Part shown: piece after piece, positions 38,350-51,700 of the stretch
Layout of the letters: each line of letters opens with the position of its first letter
Numbering within the stretch: the first letter of the stretch is position 1
NCBI GenBank assembly: GCA_013115125.1
Contig: JABANN010000173.1
Coordinates: 1-57,697 of the forward strand
Direction of reading: 5' to 3'
DNA from: Perkinsus olseni
Taxonomy: Eukaryota
Length of the DNA stretch: 57,697 nt
The notes under the pieces: model-generated
Database searches by the model: none
What the model was told of the DNA's origin: nothing
The model's input: only the letters and a program-made list of their open reading frames with translations
Translations under genes and position numbers: made by a program

Positions 38350-40392
38350 ATGTCTGCGGAGCTTATGAATACCCACCTCAAGGAGGCCGATCCCAAGGTA
38401 TACAAACATTACCGCAGCTGGAGAGCCCGCTGCTGAAACTCCTGGACTTCAGGTCTTTGATATCATTGAGCACGAGAAGGAGCGTCAGCGTACTAATGTC
38501 TGCTTGATTGCGTCAGAGAACTTCACCAGCCAAGCGGTAGAGTACCTCTTCTGGTAATTCAACTGACCATACTACTGACAGGTTCTTGATGCCATCGGAT
38601 CCGTCATGACTAACAAGTATTCTGAAGGCTACCCTGGAGCCAGGTCATTGTCGTGACAATGCGGATTGTAAGAAGTTTGTAGGCAGGTACTATGGTGGCA
38701 ACGAATTCATAGACCAGATGGAGAATCTCTGCATGGAGCGTGCCTTGGAGACCTTCCGCCTCGACCCGGCTAAATGGGGTGTAAACGTGCAGACTCTGAG
38801 TGGTGAGTGATCCTCTCATGGTATCGTACATTCGTCTCTGGGCATTGCCATTCTTGGCTAAGGCTCGCCGGCTAACTTGGCTCTGTATACCGCCTTGCTG
38901 GATGTACATGATCGCATCATGGCTCTGGACCTACCTCATGGCGGCCATCTCAGCCACGGTTATCAGACCGACACCAAGAAGGTCTCCATGATTTCCAAGT
39001 TCTTCACTTCCATGCCGTAATGGTCGAACTGTTATCGACAGATGCGCTTCTATCCTGCATGCTATAGGTACCGGTTGGATGAAAAGACTGGTCTCATTGA
39101 CTACGACGAGCTTGAGAAGTTCGCTCAACGCTTCAGACCGAAGCTGCTCATTTGCGGCTACTCTGCGTATTGCTCCGGCCATCACCTTTACTATTGATTC
39201 GATACAACAGGTATCCTCGTCACTTCGACTTCGCCCGTCTGAGGGCCATAGCGGACTCTGTCGGGGCCATACTGCACTGCGATATGGCCCACGTGGCTGG
39301 TCTAGTGGCGGCTGGGGTCCACCCATCTCCCTTCGTAAGCTCATCTGCGAGCATATCAGGCTTATGGCTTGTGGTTGGTAGGAGCTCTGCGATGTCGTCA
39401 CCACTACTTCTCACAAGACGCTCAGAGGTCCCCGTGGGGCGATGATTTTTTACCGTCTCGGCCAGAAGGGTATCAACATCAGCTTGACGTCGCGGACCAT
39501 CGTGCCGCTCGGTTCAGGTGTTGATAAGAGTGGGAATCCTGTCATGTACGACTTCAAGGATAAGATTAATGCTACGGTGTTCCCAGGCTTACAAGTAGGC
39601 TTCCCTACAGCGGCTGCCTTTCTTTGTAGAGAGTCGCCGTCTCTCTATAGGGTGGACCCCATAATCACATCATAGCCGGTTTGGCTGTGGCGTTGAAGCA
39701 GGCCCAGACGGAGGAGTACAAACAGTACCAGCAACAGGTGGTCTTTGAGAGTCCGCTGCACTGTTCCGTTACGGCTCGACGCAGGTGGTCAAGAACTCGA
39801 AGGCCTTGGCGGATGAGTTGATTGAACTCGGCTACAATCTTGTCTCGGGAGGTAGTCTGATAGTAGCTGTTATGTGAGTGTTGAATCAACACTGTTGATG
39901 CGACTTTCACTAATCAGGCACTGACAACCATTTGGTGCTTTTGGATCTACGTAGTAAGGGTATCAACGGCAATAAGACCGAGAAGGTTTGCGATCACGCG
40001 GCCATTTCTCTCAACAAGAATACGGTATGCTCAACAGGGTTTCTTGCTTGAAGGCTTCGAACGTTGGCCCTAAGGTCCCCGGTGACAAGTCGGCCATCAC
40101 CCCGTCGGGGCTCCGCATTGGTGCTCCGGCCATGACCACTCGCGGAGCCAAGGAGGAGGACTTCCGCAAGATCGCTCAATTCATCAACCGTGTCGTGGAG
40201 ATCGGTCTGCAGGTAATTGCGTCCTTCGATCATTGCGCCGGAGCATCGTCTCTTGTGCAGGTTCAGAAACAGTCCGGCCCGAAGCTGAAGGACTTCCTCG
40301 CCATCTTGGACAACTCTCCCCCTCCGGAGTTAGCCCAGCTGCGCGAGGAGGTTACGGCTTTCAGTCGTAGTTTTGTCCCTATCGGGCAGTGA
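38350..40392 (+). CDS. SHMT: Serine hydroxymethyltransferase (likely cytosolic)
   Basis: [84 protein letters not shown]. Confidence 0.97.
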
Positions 40393-40718
40393 AGTGCAAG
40401 CTGCGAGATTTTTTACCCTAAACCATGAATGCGACAGAGGAGATTATTTTTTTGAAGTTTCATGAAGCAAGCGATCTAGGTGGCTGTTTGAGTTGAAGTT
40501 TTCTCGAACGGGCCCAGCTATGGGGCTTCTCTGCGATACTTTGGATTAACGTTAGTGAGATGGACCATCTCACTAATCTCACCATCTCAGATGGTGATTA
40601 GTGAAATTGTGCGCAGGATGCGTCTCGAAGATGAACTCTGGTGGGTGGGGGACTTTTCGCTAGAGCGCGGGGAAAGGGGGTTATTCCGCTGTAGCAGGAC
40701 TGACCAAAACCACTGCAC

Positions 40719-43700
40719 ATGGCCAACATCACCAGTCCACCAGCTCACAATGGTGTGCAGGAAAACGGCAGGATTCGGGAAGGCCTGGCGGAGATCCTAC
40801 CTATCGAAGGCAATAAGGTCTTTTATAATAACGTTCAGGTAGTACCGCGCTTGATTTTTCGTGCTGTTCTGCCGATAGTGGTATCGCCGCTGCGCAGCCC
40901 TCTACTATGTGGCAAGTCGCGAAGTCAATCATGTCAGTGTCTCTCGAGCAGTCGCTTCTCATGCCTCATCGATTCCCTCATGAATCCGCTGCTCTCTTTG
41001 AAATTATTGAAGAAGAGTCTTTGTGCGTTAATATTATGGTATAATCTGCTTGGGTAGTACATCGTGACATCCTCACTCAACACGTGTTTCGTGATGACCC
41101 TCGCTTAAAGTTGAGTCTCCGCCTTTTTCATCGTTGTCGTTGTAGGTCTTCAACAGGGACACATCAGTCTTGGCTCTGAACGTGTTCGAATCCTGGCGGA
41201 TGGAGCATGCTCCCCCGGGTAGAGCTGGGAGAGCACTCACAGAGGAACTCAAGAAGACCAACGAAGGGCTGACGGTAATTATAATGGGAGATAATATAGA
41301 TTATAATGGACTGACAGAGAATCTGTCACAAAGTACCAGGCTCTCCAAGCGTGGTGATTTTGGGGGGCTCAGTGGGAAGTCATTCCGAAAAATGACTCTA
41401 GTTTATCATTTACTCTCCTTACGCTGTTCCAGAATCTCATTCCGCTCTTCCTGTGGCTCCTCGGTGGCAAGGTAACCAATCGCATCGGCGCGGATCCGAG
41501 GGCAAACGGGTAGAGTGATATGCTTGCGGATGATCTTCGTACATAAATCCATCAGGTTGCAGGGAATGTAGTTGGGACCGAGGGCTTTGAGCGTGAGCGA
41601 GGCTCGTATAATTCTCCTACCTACCTTACGCTACGACTTTGTTGGTGTATTGTACTACCCTCGGTCGCCTGAGTTTGACGTGATGCCGTGCGCCATGCTC
41701 GCTAGATTGCGCAGTCGGGCTCAGTTGGCGAGAGCACTGCACCTAGTACTGGAGTCCTGCCTCCGGAGGCTGCCTTCCTGGCAAAGCTAACCGTTGGTCC
41801 CAGACTTTGGAAGGCGGATGAGGATATGGCATTCCTTCTATCGGCATTCTTCAGAGCTAAAGGGGTTCGGTGACGCGCACACATTCGTGGAAACCGCCGC
41901 CCAAGTTTCTCCCATACGTGGGAGGTTCTTTGAGTTCATCTCCCGAGCCACAGCCAGCACGGGGGGACCGGAGGACTTAGCGGGGGCAGGCAACGCCATG
42001 GCGGGGTCGCCGGTCGGCATTTCAGTGCCTATGGTTGAGTCACCGAACACTTGGCCACCATACAGCCTGTATGATACAGGCGTCGCCTCCAAAGAGTGGG
42101 CGTGTTACTGTCGCTCAAGAAGGTTCTCAACAAGGTGCTAACGCTGTTGAGGAAGAGGGACGACAAGATGGGGGAGGCCCAAAGCTGCCGGCATTAGTGC
42201 GGACTGGGAGAAAACCGCTAAACGGGGGTATTTTCATCCCCTTTTTTGTTCCAAAAACGGTGACAATTGACTAATGCTGACATATCCACGGACTCACCGT
42301 ATTCCTTCATCTTCCGATGAAGATGTGTGGCTTGAGTATTACCCTACGGTGCACATGCCATCGGATGCCGAGGGAATGAACGGTGCACTGCAGTGTGAGT
42401 CAAATCACACAGTCGGCGAAATCGAACAATTCTGTCGAAGCCGGATTTATTATTGTCTCCTCTAAACTGAAGGAACTTTACTTGTGCTGGCAGGTCTTCG
42501 AGGCGATGGCGGCTTCTGGCCTTCGGTCGGTTCGGTACACCAAGGAAGTGAAGAATCTGAAGCATGTGGTGGTGAACGATTTGGACGAGAAGGCTGCTGA
42601 TAACATTAAGGCTAATCTCAAGTAGGTCGGGTGTGCTTCGAGTGCAGGGTTTGGATACCGACCAGTGTATCTCTTCATCGACTAGCTTGTGCGGCGGGCG
42701 GTTGGTCCGGTAGGCGTCGACTCCTCCATCAGGCACAATTGTATTCCCGAGACTATTGCGGAAGCAAGTCATTCTGATTGTATCAGACATATGCAGCACA
42801 ACGATTTGGCCTATGATGTACTGTAGGGAACGCAGGGTTAGAGTGACTTGGTGTTCATCCTTAGGTGATTGATCTGGACCCCTATGGCAGTGCCGCACCG
42901 TTCTTGGACGGAGCAGTTAACTCTGTTAAAAACGGAGGCCTGCTTTGTGTCACCTGCACGGACTCTGCAGTAAGATGGGTTAATGAGAGGAAAGGAAGTT
43001 GTGTCTGTGCAGAGCTTTCGGGTCGGCATTATTTCTCCTTTCGCCGTTGCCTCGCATTCGCAGTTTCTCGTCATTTTTGTGGTAATTCAGAGACAGCGTT
43101 AGTCGTGGGGATGTAACCATTAGTATTCCTGTTAGATGGCTCATTGTAGGTACTCTGTGGGAATCATACTGATGTTTGCTACTACCGGTACGGTGGTACC
43201 GCCCCGAAGGCAAAGTACGGAGATGGGAATGCTCTCCGTTCATCATAACGAACTCTTAGGTACTGCCATGAACTAGCCTTACGACTAATGCTGCACGCCA
43301 TATCAAGTGCTGCTGGACGGAGGAAACGTGCGATAGTCCCTCTGCTCTCACTGAGCATCGACTTCTACTACAGAGTAAGTTGGCTCGGGCTGCCTCGTAT
43401 CACGCTCGGCCACGTGCCAAGTAGTTGCTAGTAGTAGAGTTGGGACCAACAATGAACGCCCTCCGCCAAGCTCGATTCTCAGGTATTTGTTCGCGTCATC
43501 GACTCTCCTAAGGACTGCGGTAATCTAGCAGCGGATACGTCCCTATTGTTGCAGTGCGTTAACTGCGAGTGGCACGAGCTGTCTCCATTGGCACAGCCGT
43601 AAGCAGGGCGCGCTCTCCCGTCTGCTGAATAGATCAGTCGGAATCCTGGCTAGCGTTCCACAATGTGCCGCCGTGTGAAACGGCGACGGGTGCTGTGGGT

Positions 43701-45313
43701 TAGCTTCCACTTTCCCGTGCACCGGAATGATGGCTCGTCAATGACGGGCTGATAGAAAGTGCTATTATAGTTTGCGAGGCTCGGCCCTCGAACTTCGACC
43801 AGTGGATGCAGATTTCAAGCAGGAGGTTTTCGACATGCATTGTCTTGCTCGCGTTAGCTTCATTAGTCCTCTAGGAAGGATGGAGCCACTGGTGCGATTG
43901 TGTTCGAAGGCCTCGGTGTCTCAGGAAGTCGGAAAAGAACGCCAATCTCAAGCCGGGCACTCTCTTGGGTCAACACGGTGGTACCACACCTCCGGCAACT
44001 TGCCCTATATGCAAAGGACGCCTGGTACTACTCAGTGAACCTGCACATTCATTAACTAACAATCCGCGAACCTGAACCTTCAGGTTATGGGGGGCCCATG
44101 CTGGACGGGCCCGCTTCATGATGCCTCCTTCGTAAGCGCTATGTTGGCCGAGAGCTCGGACGCTCAGCACAAGATAGAGAAGTATCCCGGCATCACCGCT
44201 TGGAAAAAGGTCGAACTGCAGAAAATGATCTCCGTGGAATCTTGCCGGTGTATCAGGTTCACGGTCTACTCACAGCTGTGTCGATGGAGCTGCCTGGGTC
44301 ACCACTGTTCTACACTCTGGATGGCCTGATGTCGATCACCAGAGCCCCCAACTGCCCTCTGCAAAAGTTCAAGAACACACTCATTAATCTAGGTAACCAT
44401 TTCTAGATCTGTGGACCATGACAAGCTCAGCTTATTTCAGGCTATAAGGTTAGCCATTTCCATCGGGAGCCAATGGCAGTCAAGACAGATGCGCCATCTG
44501 AAGTTATTTTCGACTTGGTAGGTTTCTTCTGGTCCTCGTTGGTCGAATCGCACCGATTCACGGCGATGGTTATTGAAATAGCCAGCTCCCTCGAACTCGA
44601 TTTTTATCAGGCTCGCGCCTGGGCTCTGCAGCACCAAGAAGCATCTGGAGTCGTTCTCAAGCCCAAGATTGAGGGCTTCCTGGACAAGGAGACCAGCAGC
44701 CTCCCGGATAGTGACTGGCGGAAGATCAATTTCGAGGGCCCCGTCGTTAAAGATGGTGAGTTTCGGAATTAAGTCATTTATGTAGGACATACTGGTCCGG
44801 GAATTCTGAGGAACTTTGTCAGGGACAGTCCATCGTCTTCTCGCACTCATTTTTACTCGTCCGGCCACTTCAAGTGTATCGATGTGTATGCAACCTCTAT
44901 TAGGTTGAGCGTACAATCGCGATATTCGGTTCATTTGTGAGGAATCTGTAGGCGCGAAGCTCGCTGTCGAAGTACACAGTATTCTCCCGTCGATAGTATG
45001 GAGCATTCATTTAGGTGACGAAGGAAAGGAAAGTGAAGATGGAAAAGAGCAGCACCACAAGAAGAGGACACCGATGTGAGTGTTTCGCGCTCACTCATGT
45101 TCTCCCAGAAATTCTGAGCTTCTTCTATCAAGCACTGGCCCGTCTATCGTGTGCTTGCTCATGCGTATCCTTAGGTTCCTACCTAACCCAGAGTCCAACT
45201 GGGGTCCCAAGCGAGCTGCTGCGGGTTGGCCCGGAGGAAAGTGCAAGAAGGTGAAAACAGGCCATGAAGAAGATGAGAAGTCAACGCCCGAAGAAACTCC
45301 TGCGGCTGAGTGA
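40719..45313 (+). CDS. TRM1: tRNA (guanine26-N2,N2)-dimethyltransferase
   Basis: [88 protein letters not shown]. Confidence 0.95.
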
Positions 45314-45710
45314 ATTGAATGGAGTCTCGAGTCTACCAAACGTATATGCTGTTTCTACTGCTGTTATAACACTCGTGTGGCGTTGTGACCTCGATCGGTG
45401 GTCGCTCGGCGCCTGGGGGGAAGAGCCGGGTGACGGAGGATAGTGGGGAGAGTTGGGGACCGATCTTTTGCGTAGCGGTCACAGCACCTGAGCGTACTGA
45501 GGCACCCTCTATAGAGTTGTTCACAAGCCTGCCCTTAATAGGCCAAGCTTGTATCACATCGTTATTGTTGATGGCGCTGGATGTACGACACATCAGTCTC
45601 TGGCGCATGAAATGGTTCTCAATGCCATATCGCTCCAGCTCGTGGAGTTCGTCGTTCGAACGACTTTGGAGAGGCTTACTGGAACAGATTTTTTTCATAT
45701 CTTTTCCACC

Positions 45711-48700
45711 ATGGATAGCGACTCAGACTGTGACATGGTCTCGGCGGTCTCAGAGATGAGCTCGGACTCAGAGCAGGGTGAGATATCCTCGTGACTTATG
45801 CGACGTATACATTACGTGATGGTCTGGACGTACCGTCACCGCTGATGCCTTCTGACGCCAATAAGGTGGCTGCACCATGTAGCTCTACCTCGGAAGGCGA
45901 ACCTTCGACGGAAAGGGGTTCATATCATTCTGATCTGTTAATGTCGCTCTCTGGCCTCCGACGTGGCTGCCGTGCAGGCCATTTATAAGGCTGGGTCACT
46001 TATTCGACTCGTATTAACATTTCGCTGTCGCTCTTGCTCAGAGGATGGCGCCCTGTCGAAAGTGATGCAGATGTTGGAGAAGTATAACTTCAAGGATAAC
46101 CCAGAAGCTGTTGGAGTCATCACCGAGACTATCGTTGGTGTCATCAGGGATCATGAAGTGAGCGCCTTCCTTGCATGGACACCCCGTATGACGGCTGCTC
46201 ATCATCATCATCCGGGCCGAATAGTTGAGAGAGTGCTAGAAATAGGCCTTGTGGTGGACCGCGGCCGCGCGAATGTTAGACCGAGGAAACGAATGTTAGA
46301 CGGACTTATATAAGGAGCGTGATTTTTTTTCTTAGGCAAATTCGAACAATTGTCATTTCTCGATGCCTAACACAATATGAATATGACTGTTTCGATTCAA
46401 CATGTGGTGTATCATGATAATATCTATACCCTGTTGAAATTTCAGCCCTTAACTCGCCTTAGTTGACGAGAAATGAAAATTATTCGAATTCGCCTAAGAA
46501 AAATGCTCGCTCCTTAGAAGCTCCCACCAGGGACATGTCGTTCTGTGTCTTCAGAGCGACGCTGAGCTCATCTTGAAGTGCACGGAGATTCTGTCGGACA
46601 TGGCCTCTCCCGAGCACGGCCCTCCTCATTGGAGATGTGCTTTGGTATTCAGGGCATTGCTGCCGGTTATACTCATGGACAACGTAAGTCCTGGCGGATC
46701 ATCAGACATTTCGTCAGTCGGTTGACTGAGTCTGCTTGGGGACTATGTTCTCGGATAGCTCGACCTTGAGAAAGTCGCGCCGTCGCCGGGCTTTTCATCA
46801 AGGGTGTTCTGTAGTACGCCAAAGAGAAGACCGTAGCGGCTCCAACAGCATCCATGAGGACGGCCAAGGACATAATCTTACAATGGGTCATCGTAAGTCA
46901 AGTATCGGCTCCTTCGCCCTCCAATCTGGCTTAGTCAGCTTGTTGCTCTCTTCCAGGGCTTCGTTCGGGAGCATCCCGTCCTTCTCTGCCGCCGGTTGGT
47001 TGAGAAGGACGTTGACGATGTGGGCGGCGATGATGATGAAGATGATACTCCCAGCGGCGTAAGTGATGGTCGAGCATCTCCGCATCGGCTGGGCAGCCCA
47101 GCCTGGGCAGCCCAGCCTGGGCTGCCAGCATCGAACCTGAGTGTTTCTCACAGCATATTCGAAATTGGTTCCTACAAACCTTGCATTTCTGTAGGCATCG
47201 ACTGTGTGCTGATTGCCCGGATTTTCGTGTGCAGTACTGTCTCTATATTTAGAGCGAAGAAGAGGGAGAGGGGGACGAGAGAAACGGTGACAGGCGACGG
47301 CGGAAGCGCAGACGTGGCGATGCGGAGGTGAGGGGCTGCTGGGTGCGCGCTATTCTCTCATGACAACCACTCCGACGGCTACTCAGTCCAGAGTCACAGC
47401 ATGAGCGGCTGGCGAGTCAATAGGCCCCGGGCGTGAAGTTGCACTGTATTCAGGGCGGCCGAGGTGACAAGAGAAGGCGTGGTCCCCTCCAACCCGATGA
47501 TGAGAGTAGTGATTCTGATGGGGATGAGGGTGGGTCTGAGCGGGCTAGGAGGGGACACAGGAGGCCTGAGGGCGCCTCACCACAGGATGATGACAGTGAA
47601 GATGAAGAGAACCGTGGAGGAAAGAGAGAGGTATCGTACGGGTATGGCCGATAGAAAAAACGGGGCTCGAGGCTCGAGGACTACCTTAACTTTATCGACC
47701 AATACGTGATCCCTGCAGGTGATGATGGACCCGGTGATGGGCCTGATTCAGCGCATATGCACACTGTGCCCGGAGAAGAAGGATTGGCGAGAGGCCGCAG
47801 CAGTGGTACGTGCGGCAACAGCTGAGGCCGCAAGGGCAGCGGCTTCCCGTGTTTCTTAGACTATCGTTACGCTGCTGGAGAGCTTCGCCGAGCAGGTTGT
47901 GGAGCTAGAGTTGGACGAGGGCACTCTCACGGTAAGCCTCTCTGAGTGGGTTGAAGAGCTGTTCTGGCGAGAGCAACTCCGAAATAGTCGGATTCTGTTG
48001 CAGAGTCGATTCGCGTCGTTCGTCGAGCTGCTGCTGACCACCAATCGTGCCGGATTCCGAGCCTTTGCTATCGACGTGGTGGGGGTCCTCGTCATGCGAG
48101 CGGAGAAAGTAGCTGAGCTCCAACTTTTGCTACTGAGTACGCCGACGCGGTCCTTCAGGCCCACCTAGAGAAGGAGACGGCGAAACTGCTTCTACAGGGA
48201 GTCCTCGGCTGTGTGCTAGACCCGGTGGGGCATGGTGGTGTTATGGTCGTGCTTATGAGAGTAATGGGCTCTTAGGTATCTTCCGTGCGCTCGAAAGCCA
48301 TTCTGGGGGTAGGCAGTCTACTCAAGGCGCTGGTCTTGGGGGGAGGGAATGATATGTCGGTAAGCGGGCTTTCTTTTCTTGTGTATTAATGAGACAGAGG
48401 CAACGCAGCGAGAGTCACTAGTCGGCCTCACTATCACAGCACTCTTTATCAGCTTCCCTTGACGCCTAGAGCGGAGCTGAGATGCTCTAGGCAGGCTTCT
48501 GATTGTTATTACCATCCACTTTCCGCCTCCCATTGGCGGTCTCTTCCCCATGTGCGCTCAGGATGAGGACCGGGACTGGCTACGTGGGGTGGCTCGGAAG
48601 ATCCCTGAGATAGTTGTTCGGGCTGCGAGTGATGAGAAGACTGGCGTTCGCACCGTAAGTCCTCATGAGGCCCTATGCCGGCCGTTGAAACCCGTGACCA

Positions 48701-51700
48701 TAGAACCCAGGGTGGAGTCTTCCTCTGATGTGACATCCCCTACCTACCTTTCGATTGGGTTAGTGTTGTGGTTGAAGGAAGCGCCTCAGACAACATCATA
48801 GTGCCCTAATCACTGAGCTAGCCCTCATAGGAAAGACTGCTGTTGTTGGATTTTGCAGTTGGCAACCTGCAGGGACTGCGTCCCCGCGCTATCCGGTTGG
48901 CTCTGGTTGGCCTCCCTCTCAGGTCTGCACCAAGGTGATAGATATGCTCATTGATGTACTGGAGGAACTCAATGACCTCGTTGGAGACGAAACCCCGTTC
49001 GTACTGCCCCTGGATGAGACACTCCCGATCCTCGGCCTTGACTCGGCCGTTAGTGTTAGGAAGGCAGCGATAGCGACAACGGACAAAATATTGCAGGTGG
49101 GTGTTGGGCTCGGGCTAGCAGTCATTCAGTTGAGAACGCTGCTCTTCAGATGCTATCGGGTAGGCATCGGGAAGTCCTCGAGAGACTTTATCCTGCCATA
49201 GAAAATGGCCGAAACAACGACCTTCAAAACAAGTCTAATGTGAGGCCTCCCGAACCCTCGGTATCCATCGTGTGCCTGGGTGTATGTAGATACCGACGCT
49301 TTGGTGCACAGTAGTGCTACCACTCGTATCAGACGCAGAGCAGAGTGTCTCCGATATCGCCACGGATACCGTCAAAGAGAGTATCCTGCAACCCTTGAAA
49401 TCCGCTCTTAGAAGGAGCTCGGGGCTGGATCCGCTGTCAACATGCCTCCTTCGTAGGCTTCCCGTGTGCTGTTCCCTCTTGAGGAGTAACTCAGGGACTA
49501 TATCATCACATCACAACTGGGTCGAGTATGCTCAGAGAGGCATCAAGTTGCTCATGAGGAGAGAGCAAAGCACAAAAGTGAGTTCGAAAAAGGCGGAGCG
49601 AAGCTGGGTTATAATTCTGTCGCAGACTGCCTGCAAACCTTTTGTGTCGGCCTTGGAGAAGGTCATCGAGGAGACTACTAATGAAGAGGATCCTCATCTT
49701 GTCCAAGCCCTGTGGATGGTAGGATGGTTGGTGCAGCGGTTCTCTAGACGGAAGCTGGTTTGGGTTAGTTACTCGAAGAGTTTGCATCACTGCAGGGCGA
49801 CGTCATCGATCCTTCCCTGGTCGCTCGGGCGGTCAAAACCTATCTCTCTGAAGATCAATGTAGTGGCTCTCTTTCCCCGACTCTCTTCTTCTTTGCCCGC
49901 TCTAATTGGCCCTCAACACCAGCGGAGCTGTCGAGTGTTGAGACTCCTTGGTCCGTGTATGACCCTTATGTAGCCTCAGGCGAGGTGGAAGGAGGTATCG
50001 GTCCAGTGGGTGGTCGGTATTTCGCGGGGGCTCGTTCGCCCGCGTAGTTGGCGCTCTCAGTTTGTCCCTCCAGGCAACCCGCAGGCGTCATTCGGCCACC
50101 TGTGCCTACTCAAAGCCGTCCTGTTCGTGATGAAGCAAGTCGCGGCGCTCGTTGATGGTGACTCTGCTACGGCGATAGGGGAGCTCTTACTGGAAGCCAT
50201 TAAGAAGTTCAAGATTCCACTTACTGTTGCCCTGGTGAGACGCCCGATCTGATGGTACTCACCGTCAGAAGCGCGGCAGGACACCCTTGACTATCTCAAT
50301 CTGTCGAATTGAAGGATTCGTCGAGTGCTGTGTGTCATTCTGTGTGGGTGTTTACTGGTACCGTTGATCTCCTCGCCGAGCAGTTATTCGCTCATCACTG
50401 CTGCGTCGTGATTGTGAATATGTCGCTAGCACTGGAGCTGCCTTAGCGGGAGATTCTTCTCCCCTCACGTTAAAGTCCAATCGTTCCTCTTTTCCTATTC
50501 AGCCCGTCATGGAGCTGGTGAAGTGTCTCTGTGATACCCACCGAACTACGAAGCAGGCACTGAAGGGCTGGCAGAAGGACTTGGTCAGTCAGATGGAGGT
50601 AGAAGTGCAACCCGATTTCTCCGCATCGATTCACCCTTTCAGACGTGTGTCTACCAAGGAGCTATTTTTAAACCGGACAGGCCGCCCGCAATGCCCGAAG
50701 TGGAAACCAAGAGGCTAGTTGCTGCCCTCGGATATCTAGGTATATCACGAGCATATATAACCGCCACTCTTCCCGCGACTCGTTAATGAACTGCTTTACT
50801 CAGGCGATCTGGTCCTAGTCTGTGAGGAGTCGGGCAAGAAGAATGTCTCTTGCTTTTCAAAGCCTGAAAGCACCTACACGGTGAGGACCTCGTGCCCTTG
50901 CTGCTCAGTGAAGGCGGATTTCTTAGAATATCCACGTGCTGGCGACCGATTCCGTCTTCTCCGACATCATGAGCGGCAATCCGAAACAGGTCAGCCGTGC
51001 TGGGGTCGCGCAAACTTGCGGCTTGTGGTCTCATTCCTGATCGATACTTGATTGCTTATCAATAAACTGTGAGAGGAAGAGTCCAACCAACCCGTTTTTG
51101 TTCACCTTAAAGATCGGAGTTTCTCTTCGAGAGGGAGCCTCTGCTGTCATTACCTTTCTTCAGCACTTCCGCATACCCGTCCCGGTCCGAGCGCAGGCGA
51201 TCATTTGCCTCGGCAAAATATGTCTGAAGAATGAGAAACAAGCAAAGAATCTTGCCGACGTGTTCGCCCTTCTCTTAAGGTAGACCGTGGTGTGACTCGC
51301 CTTAGTTTTCAAGTGGTTGCTATGTAGGCATTTCGAGCCTGTGGTCGTCCGCAACAATGCCTTCGTTGTTCTCTATGATCTATGCGTTCAGTATACTGGG
51401 CTTGTTGATCCGAGGCTTCCTATGATGACGAGAGCTCTCAATGTGAGTTTTGTGTAGAAATTGACTTCTACGATGGCGTTAAATCCTTGTCATACCACTC
51501 TTCCACGAAGAGAAGGGAAACTGAAGGATAAGGGTTCATGATCGCGTTGTTAACACTATAGAAGTGCGCTTGTGGCGGTGAGTCCAACGTGCTCGCTCAG
51601 GATAAGATAAGGTTCTACCGTCACCAAGCTATGATGGTGATATCTTCCCTGATGGCGGAGGACTACGTCAAGTTCCGAGGTCAAACCGTTTACAGATATC

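Noticed and set aside
43070-43090. Sm-site-like ATTTTTGTGG in a TRM1 intron
   Set aside because: No U1/U2/U4/U5 or spliced-leader sequence features nearby.
47087-47129. Tandem self-complementary CTGGGCAGCCCAGC repeat
   Set aside because: Two to three short units within the low-complexity part of the CAP-D3 locus, with no spacers; not CRISPR-like.
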